Shown here in pieces: positions 55,501 to 64,000 of a DNA stretch of 64,000 nt (within the stretch, counting starts at the first letter, position 1; the number at the start of each line of letters is the position of its first letter). Made by a program: the position numbers and the translations under genes. Below the pieces are notes generated by a model that saw nothing but the letters and a program-made list of their open reading frames with translations, was not told the origin of the DNA and did no database searches. Origin of the DNA: a virus; IMG/VR virus record IMGVR_UViG_3300021961_000053, positions 1-64,000 of that record; one strand, 5' to 3'.

Positions 55501-57048
55501 ATTGTTACATCAACTATTGATACTCTTGGCAATCAAGTTTCTGGAATTAATACATTTACATCAATCGTCTTTAGTAGTCCAGTTGATGCATCAAGAAAAA
55601 TTACTGCCCAAATTCAGTTAATTGAAGCCACAGGCAGCGAATTACAAAGAGCAGGGGCAGAATTTTTAGGAATTCGAGATGATGATGCAGATAACGTACA
55701 AGTAATTGATCTATTTACTGCGACCAATCAATATATCTCACAAATTTCTGGTCGTGTTGCGGATATTATTTCAAACTCTATTGTAACTGCTAGCAGACAA
55801 ATCACCACCACTGTAGATGTGTTACTACAGAATGATGCCTTGTCAAATATCAATTACTATGAGGTTGGTGCATATCTTGATATTGATCTTGGTCTCACAG
55901 ACACTATTGTTTATATTCCAGATACAACCAAATTTAAATCAAATGGTTATCTATTGATTGGAAATGAAGTTGTTCGCTACATGCGTAAGCTGAATGATCG
56001 TTTCCTCAAGGTAGAAAGAGCACAAAATAACACAACAGCACAGTTCTGGGCTGCAGGAACATTTATCAGGCAGATTCCAAATCCAGTATCTGTTGCATTT
56101 GGAGGCGTTGCTGTTATTCATTCCGATGCTTCTGTAAGCATGGTTGGTGCTTTTGCTGGGGTTGGAGCAGCAGGAGATGGACAAGATAGAGTTCGCTATC
56201 AACAAATAGAATCTCCAAGTGTGACTGTTGTATCAACTTCCAGAGTAATTACTGCAGAGATACAACCAGAAATTAATATTCAGTCTATAACAGAAACATA
56301 TAGTTTTGTAAAATATAGGTTAGAGACTTCCGTTGATAGTATTAAATCAATCATTGTTTCTCATGAAGCAACTGAGACAAGAGCAGAAATTCAGTCTGTT
56401 CAATCTCAGTTTGTAGTTCAAAGAGCAGCAACAGAATTGGTATTGACACCACCACCTTCTGGTATTATTGATAGATATGAAGAAAGTGTTTACATAGATG
56501 ATCCAATCAAAACAAGATTGAATGGATTTGTAGATATTCTCAATGATTATGGTGTCGTTCAAAGAAGTTCAAATATAATTTATGTTTCCAACTCCATATT
56601 TGGAAGCGGTAGTGAATATTTTGGAAACTACACTAATTCAAATGCTGGATATGTTATTAAACATTTTGATGGAATATTTGACGATGGATTTGCTAATGTA
56701 TCTGGATTGTCAATTCAAGAGATTACTACGTACTTCTCCGCATTAACTCTTCGTGATTTTACGGAAAGAAAAAATTCTCAATATACTCTTTCTGGCGCTA
56801 AATTTAATTTATTGCCACCATCAATACAAAATCCAGTCAGTATTAGTTCTTCTTCTGGAACAATTGTTGGATCAATATCTGTGCAATCAACAACATATTT
56901 CCCCGAGGAAGGATATCTATTCAGTTCTGGTGGAACAGTCATTCAATATACAGGTAAAACATCAACAACCTTTGACGGATGTACATTGCATAAAGGACCA
57001 GACTTGATCACTGCTGGTGATGAGTTGGTTCCATATTCAATTTCCTAA
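46531..57048 (+). CDS. gp7: Baseplate wedge initiator gp7-like (3505 aa) with YHYH-like domain and two phycobiliprotein-like domains
   Basis: Position between gp6 and gp8; FY.TKGT..SI.F.F and DSFFYQDYSYVIKS....W.......HPAGF motifs. Confidence 0.8.
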   Translation: MAIKTKKISALIESQLPNFIVDEYPLFSKFLEKYYEAQENSGQPLDLANNILEYADINYYESNLLKENTLLSSTISASDSTIVLDAGDSFPDKNGYVRINDEIIFYGRRNGNILTNCSRGVSGNTTLGDLYEQSSFVTTEAAGHVSGSVVYNVSNLFLYALIKSFESQYLASFPEKYLKGAVDKRTLIKNIKQFYKTKGTTASIRFIFNSIVAKDTRDVPETYNPTDYTYKASNADWINVFAIKAKVVSGDPNDLIGKVIVQEETDEYGYASATVDNVYPDGTSDGEQIWNIVLAPETVNGTFAISTKTRLEKELQTTDGVGKRVNVFSTVGWGKTGEILIGDEIIKFEEKNVTQFVIKKRGNITYTHSVGASVYKPVTISGSNVTMLTFGVVYNLKPNNLQPYSFTGDKVQISNPGFETSDPKIVLSGTNQVRWLLNRNLPVSITSIPLLQTSLDDVSTDVSAIFSDDQYYYITTSGFPSYNILNGSTVTQTVQDQKILRIIRKRATRTTEKYNTPKSEVGILLNGARVYCHKDSESIRYGKLESIAVNTQGSGYAKPPFVLLDGVPNKARAILSGSVVERYVVDTKDTFRRTPVVEVTSGRGAVVRAIVTGDKITSLVIDNPGEYYSSPPLIRITDKNGKGRFADYTSVVNTDGKITGFIKNDEGTFYNQNTVVVDVIPVGKGATATPFLKEWNFNRFEKLKTNLDSEYGYVFKNYNNVLEYGYGHVANPKALRVALNDNLGPSGIEPSTKVHSPIIGFAYDGNPIYGPFGHQNPLDPQSPIARMTSSYSRKGTRADGPSMTTYPLGSFTNDYVYTHKSGSLDENNGRFCITPDYPEGVYAYFITIDSNQVPQYPYILGENFYSLPVESNYASDINQNDIPKNSKRLFVPGMPQNGSGVVAEIAEVKSGTVDAISIDRSSDNFSVNSKLYFDNRGTDGSDAEALVESVKGKVVSYLDSYENKVVKLTTIQNAYLFTDDTLRQPSSGASGVIVGEVKNDNVVVLKNVVGTFDNTGTFSADIKTFFILLDQKSSFTKGATISLTDGINPPIATAEILNGTAAQNVVEIKVETGDWLQFNQADYFLQSDNLFDTSGTRPVILTSLSDNLEPFEVNQSVALIETASNHGLGVGDKVNVDIFPDDASKTKTYYLRKRLYQDVVLKAPQFKTSINDTGVGRFQILNGGAGYTPGTYTNVPLTGGSGSGLTATITVSNAGIVSSIQLQNGGNGYKKADYLGVDDESLQRSVNFGSTQRLALYVDHVGFASGSTNLTLDSVTGISENDLIFIGEEIIKVSSIAGKTLTVLRARENTIDADHYNGQEVSLYKPRYNFDANFQVGSGIGSGYIASYDLETQKATIVYDYSTLKETAKNVKISTTFFDNSVPSRLVSIRTVDPIEYKFEFSEDNVNYIPNPTIEIQEYYKYKFDTSHSSLTGTYFDLSPSKNYNVITTEKLASNILPGNPGAFTDVKFGFGPRIAGNNYQTKTGTDFTNFYYFDKKGIVDSDGKYLKIITDPLQGEKVLNYVTPNRFVYNIVDPPLWDGSGSITYTTTGQFAVGELNSIKITNLGLNYKKVPVIAGIDPNQNFKAKATVLFDAATSTITGVSLDDKGSNYTNPKAVIIDGDGIDATFNLVVRDGSIFSITIGNPGRGYTYAPTIEIVEGDVEAYVDSSTIGIPQSINIIRNGGAFHLDKTISSKFESKYTVSLKNFSGNFQRGETVIQKIGQTEISRSTVSEWRLGSNLLKLENIRGILREDIAIEGLVSRANGNVKAVYATTFAESITAFFDNVGYYKSDKGKLGVSNQKITDSFFYQDYSYVIKSKTPIEQWRDLIKSTTHPAGFRLFGQVDIEASAQVEMPVEMPKASHYSVIQLWDPNKNKITVENTRRTITQTIQKIENQRIRKGVGSAATSEFNFNESRAFTFTLNGSFDGYYDSNGRLQGTTTFQILDDQGFPFFPASSKNLIVTLDGILQEPEVAYTISADNIIFSQPPLGPYQKLTGSTLTALTPYAGVTFYGRYFSFKDSQYNTRYFKKIRNIFQRNGRWLDAANQIERNRSFIVEESIGYGRSKYPSLDWSTKQDDYERDLGYILDAYQHDIRFGGNVKTVDYVSFFNQDTDYDYITDNKVQSLSIFKYATNLAKLSVRNWDVVETGVSYIQGSKVVIVQDTNNLAVGMHISSGRSYAPGTKIVSIDSATQVTLSHAALANSGGGGGAPDGTTTYSGTSGGNVTAPTNTVAIEPGDTFAVEPGDTFIAPVSFSGSDTATFFFSGINSGTFYDAANLISYNKEYLQEEISGYIYDNYTLSTDVSKCYRDLGYLVDAITYHLKFGGNEKVVEFARLYYTNAGYPYGEELTYINRTAEETAAAIDAWEKLGEKMILAMRNSLGAGAYTAILPVTDTSIAVDPVSPYCSEVASAINSYVDIVKDILANGTGAVDSVGINATKPGYWTDTKPSIDYNLIPDPSKPGTGECDDVVSAIDSLYDNVDDVLAELLVAKNLPDYVDGENKVFELYWDDDTEVSTEEDEDLFLMINAVLQRPKYNAEYPGGDAYYIDRNTIPNKLVFDVAPIWDQDFGAKSIGEPTAVEKVVGIGVGNYKRLTIDYNLVNGVKTGPFLILDVEDKTVQSVEEKEYLYVFLDGVLQREGYSYIVSGPNIYFNVPIKKEMKIDMRYLYGRDVGQILNIYDFAPDTYFATGTFIIESSSSLINDYLSYRWMGNLSGFGVHCWQQRPDGTYNVIGKLTNPYRTSSEIKFDVVRSQNATIIPGLDIVFAVEGRYSRTFTLPTSEFTNATLTLEVDEFGRKILSSEDAYWYGTFFRRFHKNPFVSLSNGDKIRVEGEDKFRSIKVLPQKTTSKDGRDGEQLSDDIYGSVEVETYNGITRGEGLSVVATIENGSVVSLSWNQRSWDPLTQPTAYQYFTPPVLEFVPENGDGGGARAEVIVSKGQVISVDLLDGGSGYTKAPKVVVARRYEILNERDIGVSLIRVGINPYVEHAGMIVTSTIDTLGNQVSGINTFTSIVFSSPVDASRKITAQIQLIEATGSELQRAGAEFLGIRDDDADNVQVIDLFTATNQYISQISGRVADIISNSIVTASRQITTTVDVLLQNDALSNINYYEVGAYLDIDLGLTDTIVYIPDTTKFKSNGYLLIGNEVVRYMRKLNDRFLKVERAQNNTTAQFWAAGTFIRQIPNPVSVAFGGVAVIHSDASVSMVGAFAGVGAAGDGQDRVRYQQIESPSVTVVSTSRVITAEIQPEINIQSITETYSFVKYRLETSVDSIKSIIVSHEATETRAEIQSVQSQFVVQRAATELVLTPPPSGIIDRYEESVYIDDPIKTRLNGFVDILNDYGVVQRSSNIIYVSNSIFGSGSEYFGNYTNSNAGYVIKHFDGIFDDGFANVSGLSIQEITTYFSALTLRDFTERKNSQYTLSGAKFNLLPPSIQNPVSISSSSGTIVGSISVQSTTYFPEEGYLFSSGGTVIQYTGKTSTTFDGCTLHKGPDLITAGDELVPYSIS

Positions 57049-57055
57049 ATATTGC

Positions 57056-57069
57056 TATAAATATAAATA
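57056..57069 (+). promoter_or_regulatory. Two overlapping T4-type late promoters
   Basis: TATAAATA at 57056 and 57062. Confidence 0.8.
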
Positions 57070-57102
57070 ACTCAGGCACAAACACTACGTCGGAAAAAAC
57101 CA

Positions 57103-58914
57103 ATGGCTGCTATTATCTCTGATAAGTTTAGAATTTTTAATGCGAAACAATTTCTTGAATCGCTAACTGAGGGTGCTACGGATACTAGCGCCGAGCGTTC
57201 CAGAATGTATTTCTTTGTGGGTCGCCCACAACCCTGGAAAGCGTACTTAGAAGTTTATTCTAAGTCGGCAACCAACTTTACTGTTGGCAACGAAGTTTAT
57301 GTCGGAACATATGGATCAACAGCGTTCCGTGCCACAGTTTCTGCCGTTTATGATAGTGCCCTCCTCCTAACCGACATTTTTGGCAGCAACGGTGTTAATT
57401 CTGCTCCTTCTTTAGGCAGCACTCTAAAAGAGACAGCAGACGGTGGTGTTAGTGATACTGCAGCCACAGCAACCACTGGTGTCTATCGCTACGCTACTGA
57501 AGATGTGCCACCACTTCCTCTTGATAACCAAAGAGAGAAGATCGCTCTTTACGACGAAATTATTGCTGCTAAGCGCGTTACTGATGCATATGCAAGAACA
57601 GTTGTTCGTCGTTATAATTGGGATCTAGTTGCAAATCCTAAGTTTGACATGTGGAAACCTGATTACTCTGCTACTCCTGGTGGTGGCGGTCAAATCGGTA
57701 AGCAAACCGCGACTGGTGCAGACAACATTTCAGATGCTAAGTTCTATGTAATGAACTCTTCATATGAAGTATTCAAGTGCCTCTATAATGGTGAGAATCC
57801 TTCAAACACAACTGGACAGAATGCAACTGAAGAACCATTAACTACTGGTGCTAACTATGATGCTGGTACTGGTCTCTACACCGAGACAACAGGTGCTGGT
57901 TACATCTGGAAGCACATGTACACTATCCCAACTGACGATGTTCTGAAGTTCCTTTCTTCGGATTTCATGCCAATCGTTCTCCCATCACAACCTTCTAGAG
58001 TGGCAGTTGCTGGTCTTGCAGTTCCTGGTGCTGTTGATGTTGTTTTAATTGAAGATGCGGGCAATAATTTACCAGCATCTCAAACTCTTTACACAGGCAT
58101 CAAGGGAGATGGAACTGGTGGTGTAATTGAGTTTGTTACAGATGGTACTGGAAGCATTACTTCCGCATCTGTTGTTGCTCGTGGTTCTGGTTACACTTAT
58201 GCCAATGTTCTCCTTGGAAACGGTAATTTATTCTCAAACCAAGCACTGTCATCCGCTGTTGCAACTCCAGGTGGAGCAACTGGAGCTCTAGAAGTTGTAA
58301 TGCCTCCTCAAGGTGGTCATGGTTCAGATCACGAGATCGAACTAAATGGTAAGCGTGTTATGACGAATATTCGTCTAACTTATGCGGAAGGTTCTGGAGA
58401 CTTCCCAGTTGATAACGATTTCCGAAGAATCGGTATTATCAAGGATCCATACAACTATGGAACCACAACATATTCAACTTCAGATACTTTATCTGGTCTT
58501 CGTGCAATCAAGATTACTGGAGCATCTGCAGACTTTATTCCTGATGAAACTATTTCACAAACAGTAAGTGGTGGAACCGCATATGGAACAGTTGTTTCTT
58601 GGACCCTAGATTCTGGTTCAACAACTGCTGGTGTTCTTAAGTATATCCAAACCAATGATGCACACACAGATCAAGGTGTAGTAAGAGCTTTTGCAAGCAA
58701 CGGTGCTAATGCAATCTCTGGCGGACTCTCTGCTGCTTCTGGTAATGTCGATACTGGATATGCAAATACACTTCTAGGAGCAACATTTGCTGCTGGTCTA
58801 GCAACTCCAGAAATTGAAAACAACTCTGGAGATGTAATTTACATTGAAAACCGTCGTCTAATCACCCGTGCTCCTGACCAGATTGAAGATATCAAACTGG
58901 TTATTGAGTTCTGA
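57103..58914 (+). CDS. gp8: Baseplate wedge subunit gp8
   Basis: MAAIISDKFRI.NA..F; FYVMN..Y.V.KCL.N; GY.WK.MYTI; YIENR..I.RA.DQ.EDIKLVIEF. Confidence 0.9.
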   Translation: MAAIISDKFRIFNAKQFLESLTEGATDTSAERSRMYFFVGRPQPWKAYLEVYSKSATNFTVGNEVYVGTYGSTAFRATVSAVYDSALLLTDIFGSNGVNSAPSLGSTLKETADGGVSDTAATATTGVYRYATEDVPPLPLDNQREKIALYDEIIAAKRVTDAYARTVVRRYNWDLVANPKFDMWKPDYSATPGGGGQIGKQTATGADNISDAKFYVMNSSYEVFKCLYNGENPSNTTGQNATEEPLTTGANYDAGTGLYTETTGAGYIWKHMYTIPTDDVLKFLSSDFMPIVLPSQPSRVAVAGLAVPGAVDVVLIEDAGNNLPASQTLYTGIKGDGTGGVIEFVTDGTGSITSASVVARGSGYTYANVLLGNGNLFSNQALSSAVATPGGATGALEVVMPPQGGHGSDHEIELNGKRVMTNIRLTYAEGSGDFPVDNDFRRIGIIKDPYNYGTTTYSTSDTLSGLRAIKITGASADFIPDETISQTVSGGTAYGTVVSWTLDSGSTTAGVLKYIQTNDAHTDQGVVRAFASNGANAISGGLSAASGNVDTGYANTLLGATFAAGLATPEIENNSGDVIYIENRRLITRAPDQIEDIKLVIEF

Positions 58915-58935
58915 TTCAAACAAAAGATTATTAAG

Positions 58936-58963
58936 TCCCCTGAGAAATCAGGGGATTTTTTTT
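58936..58963 (+). terminator. Rho-independent terminator
   Basis: TCCCCTGA-gaaa-TCAGGGGA-T8; followed by late-promoter-like CTAAATA (58971). Confidence 0.85.
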
Positions 58964-59011
58964 ATCTCTACTAAATACTAAAGACTGGATACTAGTATTT
59001 GGCGGAGTACG

Positions 59012-62000
59012 ATGCCTCAGAAGACTAACCTTAATGTAAATCCTTATTATGAGGACTTTGACGCGAATAAGAATTTTTATAAAATTCTATTCCGTCCAGG
59101 ATACTCTATTCAAGGTAGAGAGTTAACACAACTACAATCAATCCTTCAAAATCAAGTAGAAAGTTTTGGAAGATTTGCATTTAAACAAGGTCAATTGGTT
59201 ATTCCAGGTGAAGTTTCACTTAACACCAAACTTGACTATGTTAAACTGTCATCTGTAACTGAGGTAGCAGTAAATGATGGAAATGATATTGTTTATAAAA
59301 AATATGATATTACCCAGCTGATTGGGCAAACTCTGAGAGGTATAACCTCTGGGGTTAGAGCAACCGTACTGACAGCAAATTTAGCAACCGCAAATTCTGC
59401 TGATACGTTGTACGTAAACTACTTAAACAGCGGTAATTCAAATACAGAAGAAACTTTTAGACAGGGTGAAACTTTAGAAGTTATTAATGGTGTTAATACT
59501 CCTTTGATGGTTGTTGGAACAGATGGAAGTGTTCTCCCAACAAGTATCAGTGTAAAAGATCCAGAATCTGGATTGATTACATCATTAGAAAGTCCAGCAA
59601 TGGGTTATGGATCTGCCGTAAAGGTAGAAGAAGGAATTTATTTTGTGAATGGTTACTTCGTTCGCAATGATGAACAACTTTTGGTAATTGATGAATACTA
59701 CAACAAACCATCCGCCAAAGTCGGATTTACTATTGTTGAAGAGATTATAACTCCAGAGGAAGATTCAAGTCTATATGACAACGCTATTGGATCTTCAAAT
59801 TATACAGCTCCTGGAGCACACAGATTAAAAATTAGTCTGGCGTTGAAAGAATTTTCATTAGATGCAATAACAGATAAAAATTTCATTCAGTTACTTACTG
59901 TATTAAAGGGCACTGTTCAGAGAAAAATTGCTGCAGCAGATTATACACTTTTAGAGCAAACTCTGGCACGTAGAACTTTTGATGAAAGTGGAGATTATGT
60001 AGTAGAAAATTTCTCTGTTGATATCAGAGAATATGCCCAACAGAACAGCAATATGGGCATATATTCTGTAGATGAATTTGGTTTATACAATGGATTAACT
60101 CAAGCAGAAGCATCCAAAAAAATGGTTGCTAGCATTGGTCCAGGTAAAGCATACATTAAAGGTTACGAAATTGTAAATAAAGAGACTAAGTATCTTGAGA
60201 TCAATAAGGCAAGAGAGAGTCTAACAAGCGACAACGTAACAATAAAAACAAAAGGACTTCCAACCTACACTATTTCTAATGTTTATGGTAGTGTTCCACT
60301 AAACAAAGAAGGATCACAATTAACAGCATATCCAACGGTATACCTATACAATCTTTTTAATGATGGGTATGTCGGTTTAAATGGAACTGAGTCCAATACA
60401 AATTATCGTCAAACAATTCAAAGAAGAGGTTTATTCTTTGATTCAAATACAGCTATAAAAACAATAACGTTGAATATAGTTGATGTCAATATTCCTATTA
60501 CATCTATCTCTCCAGATGAGCTCGAAACTACGTTTGCAAAATTATGGTATGTAAAAACTAGAGCTGGTACTAATGTTGTTTCTAGTGTAGATGTTCTTTC
60601 ATATACTAAAGTATTCAAACCACTAATAAATCCTGGCACCACAGAGGAATCAAAATTCCTTGAGGTAACTGTTGCTGGTTTAAAGTCGGATCTTGAAAAT
60701 GTATTCAAGGACTATGATGAGAGTTCCGATAACAAGAGGAGAAAATTATTCTTGACCCAGAATGATGCTCTTGGTGATGAAAAGGAAGGACTATCTTCAA
60801 CAATATTTGCATACATTGTTGATTATAGCGATAGCATTACTCCTGTAATTGGAACTGCAAAACCAAGTAATTTTTACTTGCAGCGTAGAGGGGATGGATT
60901 TAATCCAGATTCAGATGTTGTAATTTCCAAAGGAATTCTTCCACAGGGAACAGAGGCATACAATGCTTCCTTCGGATTTTCATATTTTGATCCCCAATTC
61001 TTCACAAAATTAAAATTAAATTCTACCCCACCACAAGGATCTTATGCTGTTGGTGTCTATGTGTATGGATTAACCAGTGGTGCTTACGGTGTTGTTGAAG
61101 GTGCTCCAGGTGGTGTATATTCAACTGGAAATCTTTTATTCGTCAAAACTCTTTCTGGAAAATTTGTTCCAGGTGAAACAATCAGAGACGAAAAAGGCAA
61201 TCTAGTAAAAATTGCCCAGGAAAATACAATTTCGCATTTCATTGTTCAAAATAGAGGTCTAGGATATCCAACTACTACCAAGATCATTATTGATGGTGTA
61301 ACTTATGATTCTTCTCAGTTCGAAGTAAATACTATTGCTACTGGCGTCTATAAAATTTCCATCAACGATACTTCTGCGCTTGTTCAATATTCAAAACCTC
61401 CAGTTGTTACTTTTGATACTGGATCTGCAAATCCAACAGAAAGTGCTTCCGTTTTACCTATTCTCAATAAGAACTCAGTAACAACATATACACCACAAAA
61501 TGTAAAATCATTTGGTGCATCATATGGATCTGGGAACGAGAATAAATTTACAGCAGATGTTATTGCTGATAGCAGAACATTTTCAGATATCACCCCCATC
61601 ACAGATTTTACTTTCTTTGGTTTAAAAGGAACAAAGTTCTTAGAATCTACTAGTTTTAGTGCTGATGCAAGTCCTGTTGTTCAACAGGGAGATTTGGTTC
61701 AATTCTCTGATGCATCGAATAATACAATTAGAGCAATTGTTCAATATGCAACCAGTCCTAGCGGATCATCAAAGACAAGAATTTATTTGGATGAAACCCT
61801 ATATGACGATGTAACTGGAACAACCGTCGTTCGTTTGCGTCCAAAAGTAGCAAATTCTAATGCTGGAACACTACTATTTCCAACTGGTAGTAAGCAGGTA
61901 TCAAAAATTTCTGCTGGATCCGAAGATAGCAAGATCAAATATTATTTCCGCAGAGATTTTGTAACTAGTGGTTCAACTGATGGCGGTTTAATCACGTTTG

Positions 62001-64000
62001 CTGCTCAACTTCCATTTGGAACACAAAGATTTGCAGCATTTAATGAAAACAACTATATTATTACTGTGCTTAATAAGAATAGTGCAGACTTGGTAGAAAC
62101 TGGAGACATTATATACATTGATCCAGATTTTGTTACTATTTCTTCATCCACTGATACAGCAAGTGGTCTAACAGCTGGAAGCATTGAATTCGAACTTCCA
62201 AAATCATACTTCACAGCAAATTACGAAGGAGTAGCAAATTATGTTGCTCCAGATCTTAAATTGACAGCAACTCTCGAAGTTACTAATGCAAAACCAAGAT
62301 TAAAAACCGCAGTTAGAAATAGAAGAATTGTTGTCAGTTCTGCTGGCGATAGAGTCCTTCCGTTTAGAGGAACAAATTACGATAGTGATAGTGTAGAAAT
62401 ACTATCATACTCAGATGCCTTTAAATTGAGATATGTTTATGAAGGCACAAGCACACAACCACCAGAGATCGATAGAGCTGGAAATTTAGTATCGGGAACC
62501 GATGTTACAAATAGATATACATTTGATGATGGTCAGAGAGATACAATTTATGATGTTTCTAGAATCATAATTAAACCTGGATTTGAACCAGCAGTAGGTC
62601 AATTAGTGATTGCATTTGATTATTTCGAACAGTCTCAGGGAGACTTCTGTACAATTGATAGCTATCTACACGAGTCTGGCGTAACTGAAGATGAAATTCC
62701 ATCATTCAATTCTTCTGTACTAGGAAATGTTGATCTAAAAAATCTTATTGATTTTAGACCAAAAGTTAATAGTCAAACAATTATTGCTGGATTCCAGGAT
62801 ACATCTTCTCTTGAAGTTACAAGCAGCAATTTCTCTGGAGCTGGAGCGGTTGTTGCAAGTACGCCTGCCCCAGATATAAATCTGGAATATACATTCTCAT
62901 TCAGTCAAGTTCAATACCTTGATAGAATTGATGGCATTTTCTTGAATAAGAATGGGGAGTTTGTTGTTAAGGAAGGCAATTCTTCTTTGAATCCATCCAA
63001 ACCAGATCAAATTAAAGATGCTATTCCTTTGTTCTATGCATATATTCCAGCTTACACTAATACAAGCAGAGATGTAAGAATCACTCCAGTTGAACATAAG
63101 CGTTATACAATGCGCGATATTGGTAAATTGGAGAAGCGCATTGAGCGCCTGGAATATTACACAACTCTTAGCATCCTTGAGCAACAAGCTTTAAACATGC
63201 AAGTTAAGGATGATATTGGATTGGATAGATTCAAGTGTGGATTCTTTGTAGATAACTTTGAAGCACATAAAGTTGGAAATCTTGTTTCTGCTGATTATAA
63301 GTGCTCTATTGATAGTAAGCAATCTGTTTTACGCCCACAATCAAAAGAAGACTCTTTAAAACTAAAAGAAGTTTATACCAGACAAGATCAGAGATCTGTA
63401 GCAGGATATCAAAAATCAAAAGATATTGTTACTCTTCCATATTCTCCCGTGAGATTACTTGGAAATGACTTTGCTTCAAAAACAATCAACCCAAATCCAT
63501 TTGTTGTATTCCAATATGTTGGAGATGGTAAGATTTCTCCAGAGATCGATCAATGGTATGATCAATCTATTGATCCCCTGGTTGTGGATACAAATACAAG
63601 CATCTTTAACATTTTCTTAGCCAAGGATGATTCCAAGGAAAGTTTTGCGAGCCTCCATAATTCATTTATCGTTAATTGGGTTGGAACTTCTCCTTCATTC
63701 ACTTCTATTAATTCTCTAGGAGAATCAAATAGTGCAAATGCAAGATCAACGGTGAGTGCTGCTTCAGTTGGAAGTTCTTCTAACATTAGTCCACAAAATA
63801 ACGAGATTGGTAAGGGAGTCCAGTCAAAGTCTGTTGGAGAAAATATTGTTTCTACCTCTCTGCAATTCTTTGCTAGAACTCAACCAATCAAATTCGTAAT
63901 TGGAAGATTAAAACCAAACACCAAAGTTTCGGTTTTCCTAGAAGGAAGAAATATTAATCGTTGGGTAAATCCAGATCTTAGATTTACTGGAACTGCTGCA
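59012..64000 (+). CDS. VrlC-like (DUF4815-type) large virion structural protein, 3'-truncated by the window
   Basis: MPQKTNLNVNPYYEDFD..KNFYKILFRPG..IQGRELTQLQSILQNQ; RYTMRDIGKLEKRIERLEYYT; not in the ORF track because it has no stop in the window. Confidence 0.85.
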   Translation, partial: MPQKTNLNVNPYYEDFDANKNFYKILFRPGYSIQGRELTQLQSILQNQVESFGRFAFKQGQLVIPGEVSLNTKLDYVKLSSVTEVAVNDGNDIVYKKYDITQLIGQTLRGITSGVRATVLTANLATANSADTLYVNYLNSGNSNTEETFRQGETLEVINGVNTPLMVVGTDGSVLPTSISVKDPESGLITSLESPAMGYGSAVKVEEGIYFVNGYFVRNDEQLLVIDEYYNKPSAKVGFTIVEEIITPEEDSSLYDNAIGSSNYTAPGAHRLKISLALKEFSLDAITDKNFIQLLTVLKGTVQRKIAAADYTLLEQTLARRTFDESGDYVVENFSVDIREYAQQNSNMGIYSVDEFGLYNGLTQAEASKKMVASIGPGKAYIKGYEIVNKETKYLEINKARESLTSDNVTIKTKGLPTYTISNVYGSVPLNKEGSQLTAYPTVYLYNLFNDGYVGLNGTESNTNYRQTIQRRGLFFDSNTAIKTITLNIVDVNIPITSISPDELETTFAKLWYVKTRAGTNVVSSVDVLSYTKVFKPLINPGTTEESKFLEVTVAGLKSDLENVFKDYDESSDNKRRKLFLTQNDALGDEKEGLSSTIFAYIVDYSDSITPVIGTAKPSNFYLQRRGDGFNPDSDVVISKGILPQGTEAYNASFGFSYFDPQFFTKLKLNSTPPQGSYAVGVYVYGLTSGAYGVVEGAPGGVYSTGNLLFVKTLSGKFVPGETIRDEKGNLVKIAQENTISHFIVQNRGLGYPTTTKIIIDGVTYDSSQFEVNTIATGVYKISINDTSALVQYSKPPVVTFDTGSANPTESASVLPILNKNSVTTYTPQNVKSFGASYGSGNENKFTADVIADSRTFSDITPITDFTFFGLKGTKFLESTSFSADASPVVQQGDLVQFSDASNNTIRAIVQYATSPSGSSKTRIYLDETLYDDVTGTTVVRLRPKVANSNAGTLLFPTGSKQVSKISAGSEDSKIKYYFRRDFVTSGSTDGGLITFAAQLPFGTQRFAAFNENNYIITVLNKNSADLVETGDIIYIDPDFVTISSSTDTASGLTAGSIEFELPKSYFTANYEGVANYVAPDLKLTATLEVTNAKPRLKTAVRNRRIVVSSAGDRVLPFRGTNYDSDSVEILSYSDAFKLRYVYEGTSTQPPEIDRAGNLVSGTDVTNRYTFDDGQRDTIYDVSRIIIKPGFEPAVGQLVIAFDYFEQSQGDFCTIDSYLHESGVTEDEIPSFNSSVLGNVDLKNLIDFRPKVNSQTIIAGFQDTSSLEVTSSNFSGAGAVVASTPAPDINLEYTFSFSQVQYLDRIDGIFLNKNGEFVVKEGNSSLNPSKPDQIKDAIPLFYAYIPAYTNTSRDVRITPVEHKRYTMRDIGKLEKRIERLEYYTTLSILEQQALNMQVKDDIGLDRFKCGFFVDNFEAHKVGNLVSADYKCSIDSKQSVLRPQSKEDSLKLKEVYTRQDQRSVAGYQKSKDIVTLPYSPVRLLGNDFASKTINPNPFVVFQYVGDGKISPEIDQWYDQSIDPLVVDTNTSIFNIFLAKDDSKESFASLHNSFIVNWVGTSPSFTSINSLGESNSANARSTVSAASVGSSSNISPQNNEIGKGVQSKSVGENIVSTSLQFFARTQPIKFVIGRLKPNTKVSVFLEGRNINRWVNPDLRFTGTAA

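Overview
Segment of a T4-like cyanophage (cyanomyovirus) genome, coding almost entirely on the + strand. In order: (i) an outer-membrane beta-barrel gene, small ORFs, and a cluster of 13 tRNAs plus tRNA-like/structured RNAs that is interrupted by a CpeT/CpcT-type bilin lyase gene (1-3.5 kb); (ii) a 4480-aa virion protein, three tail-collar/fibre proteins and a fibre chaperone (3.6-25.9 kb); (iii) an early/accessory region with an SF2 helicase, a putative nuclease-methylase pair, RlpA-, AbrB-, KTSC- and HicA-like genes and about 60 small ORFs, driven by 16 of the window's 17 copies of a palindrome + -10 promoter module (25.9-42.9 kb); (iv) PAAR-like, gp25, gp6, gp7, gp8 and a partial VrlC-like baseplate gene (43-64 kb). 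Main candidate new system: the 4480-aa protein (7 copies) and gp7 (2 copies) carry phycobiliprotein-like helical domains. These retain motifs resembling both bilin-attachment cysteines (KCxRD[IL]GY...GG, like Cys84; CSxxASxIxSYxD, like beta-Cys153), they are nested inside each other like Russian dolls, and they sit next to a T-type lyase, the lyase class that serves beta-Cys153. This suggests bilin-chromophorylated, possibly light-responsive, virions. All calls come from reading the sequence and remembered family motifs; no database searches were run.
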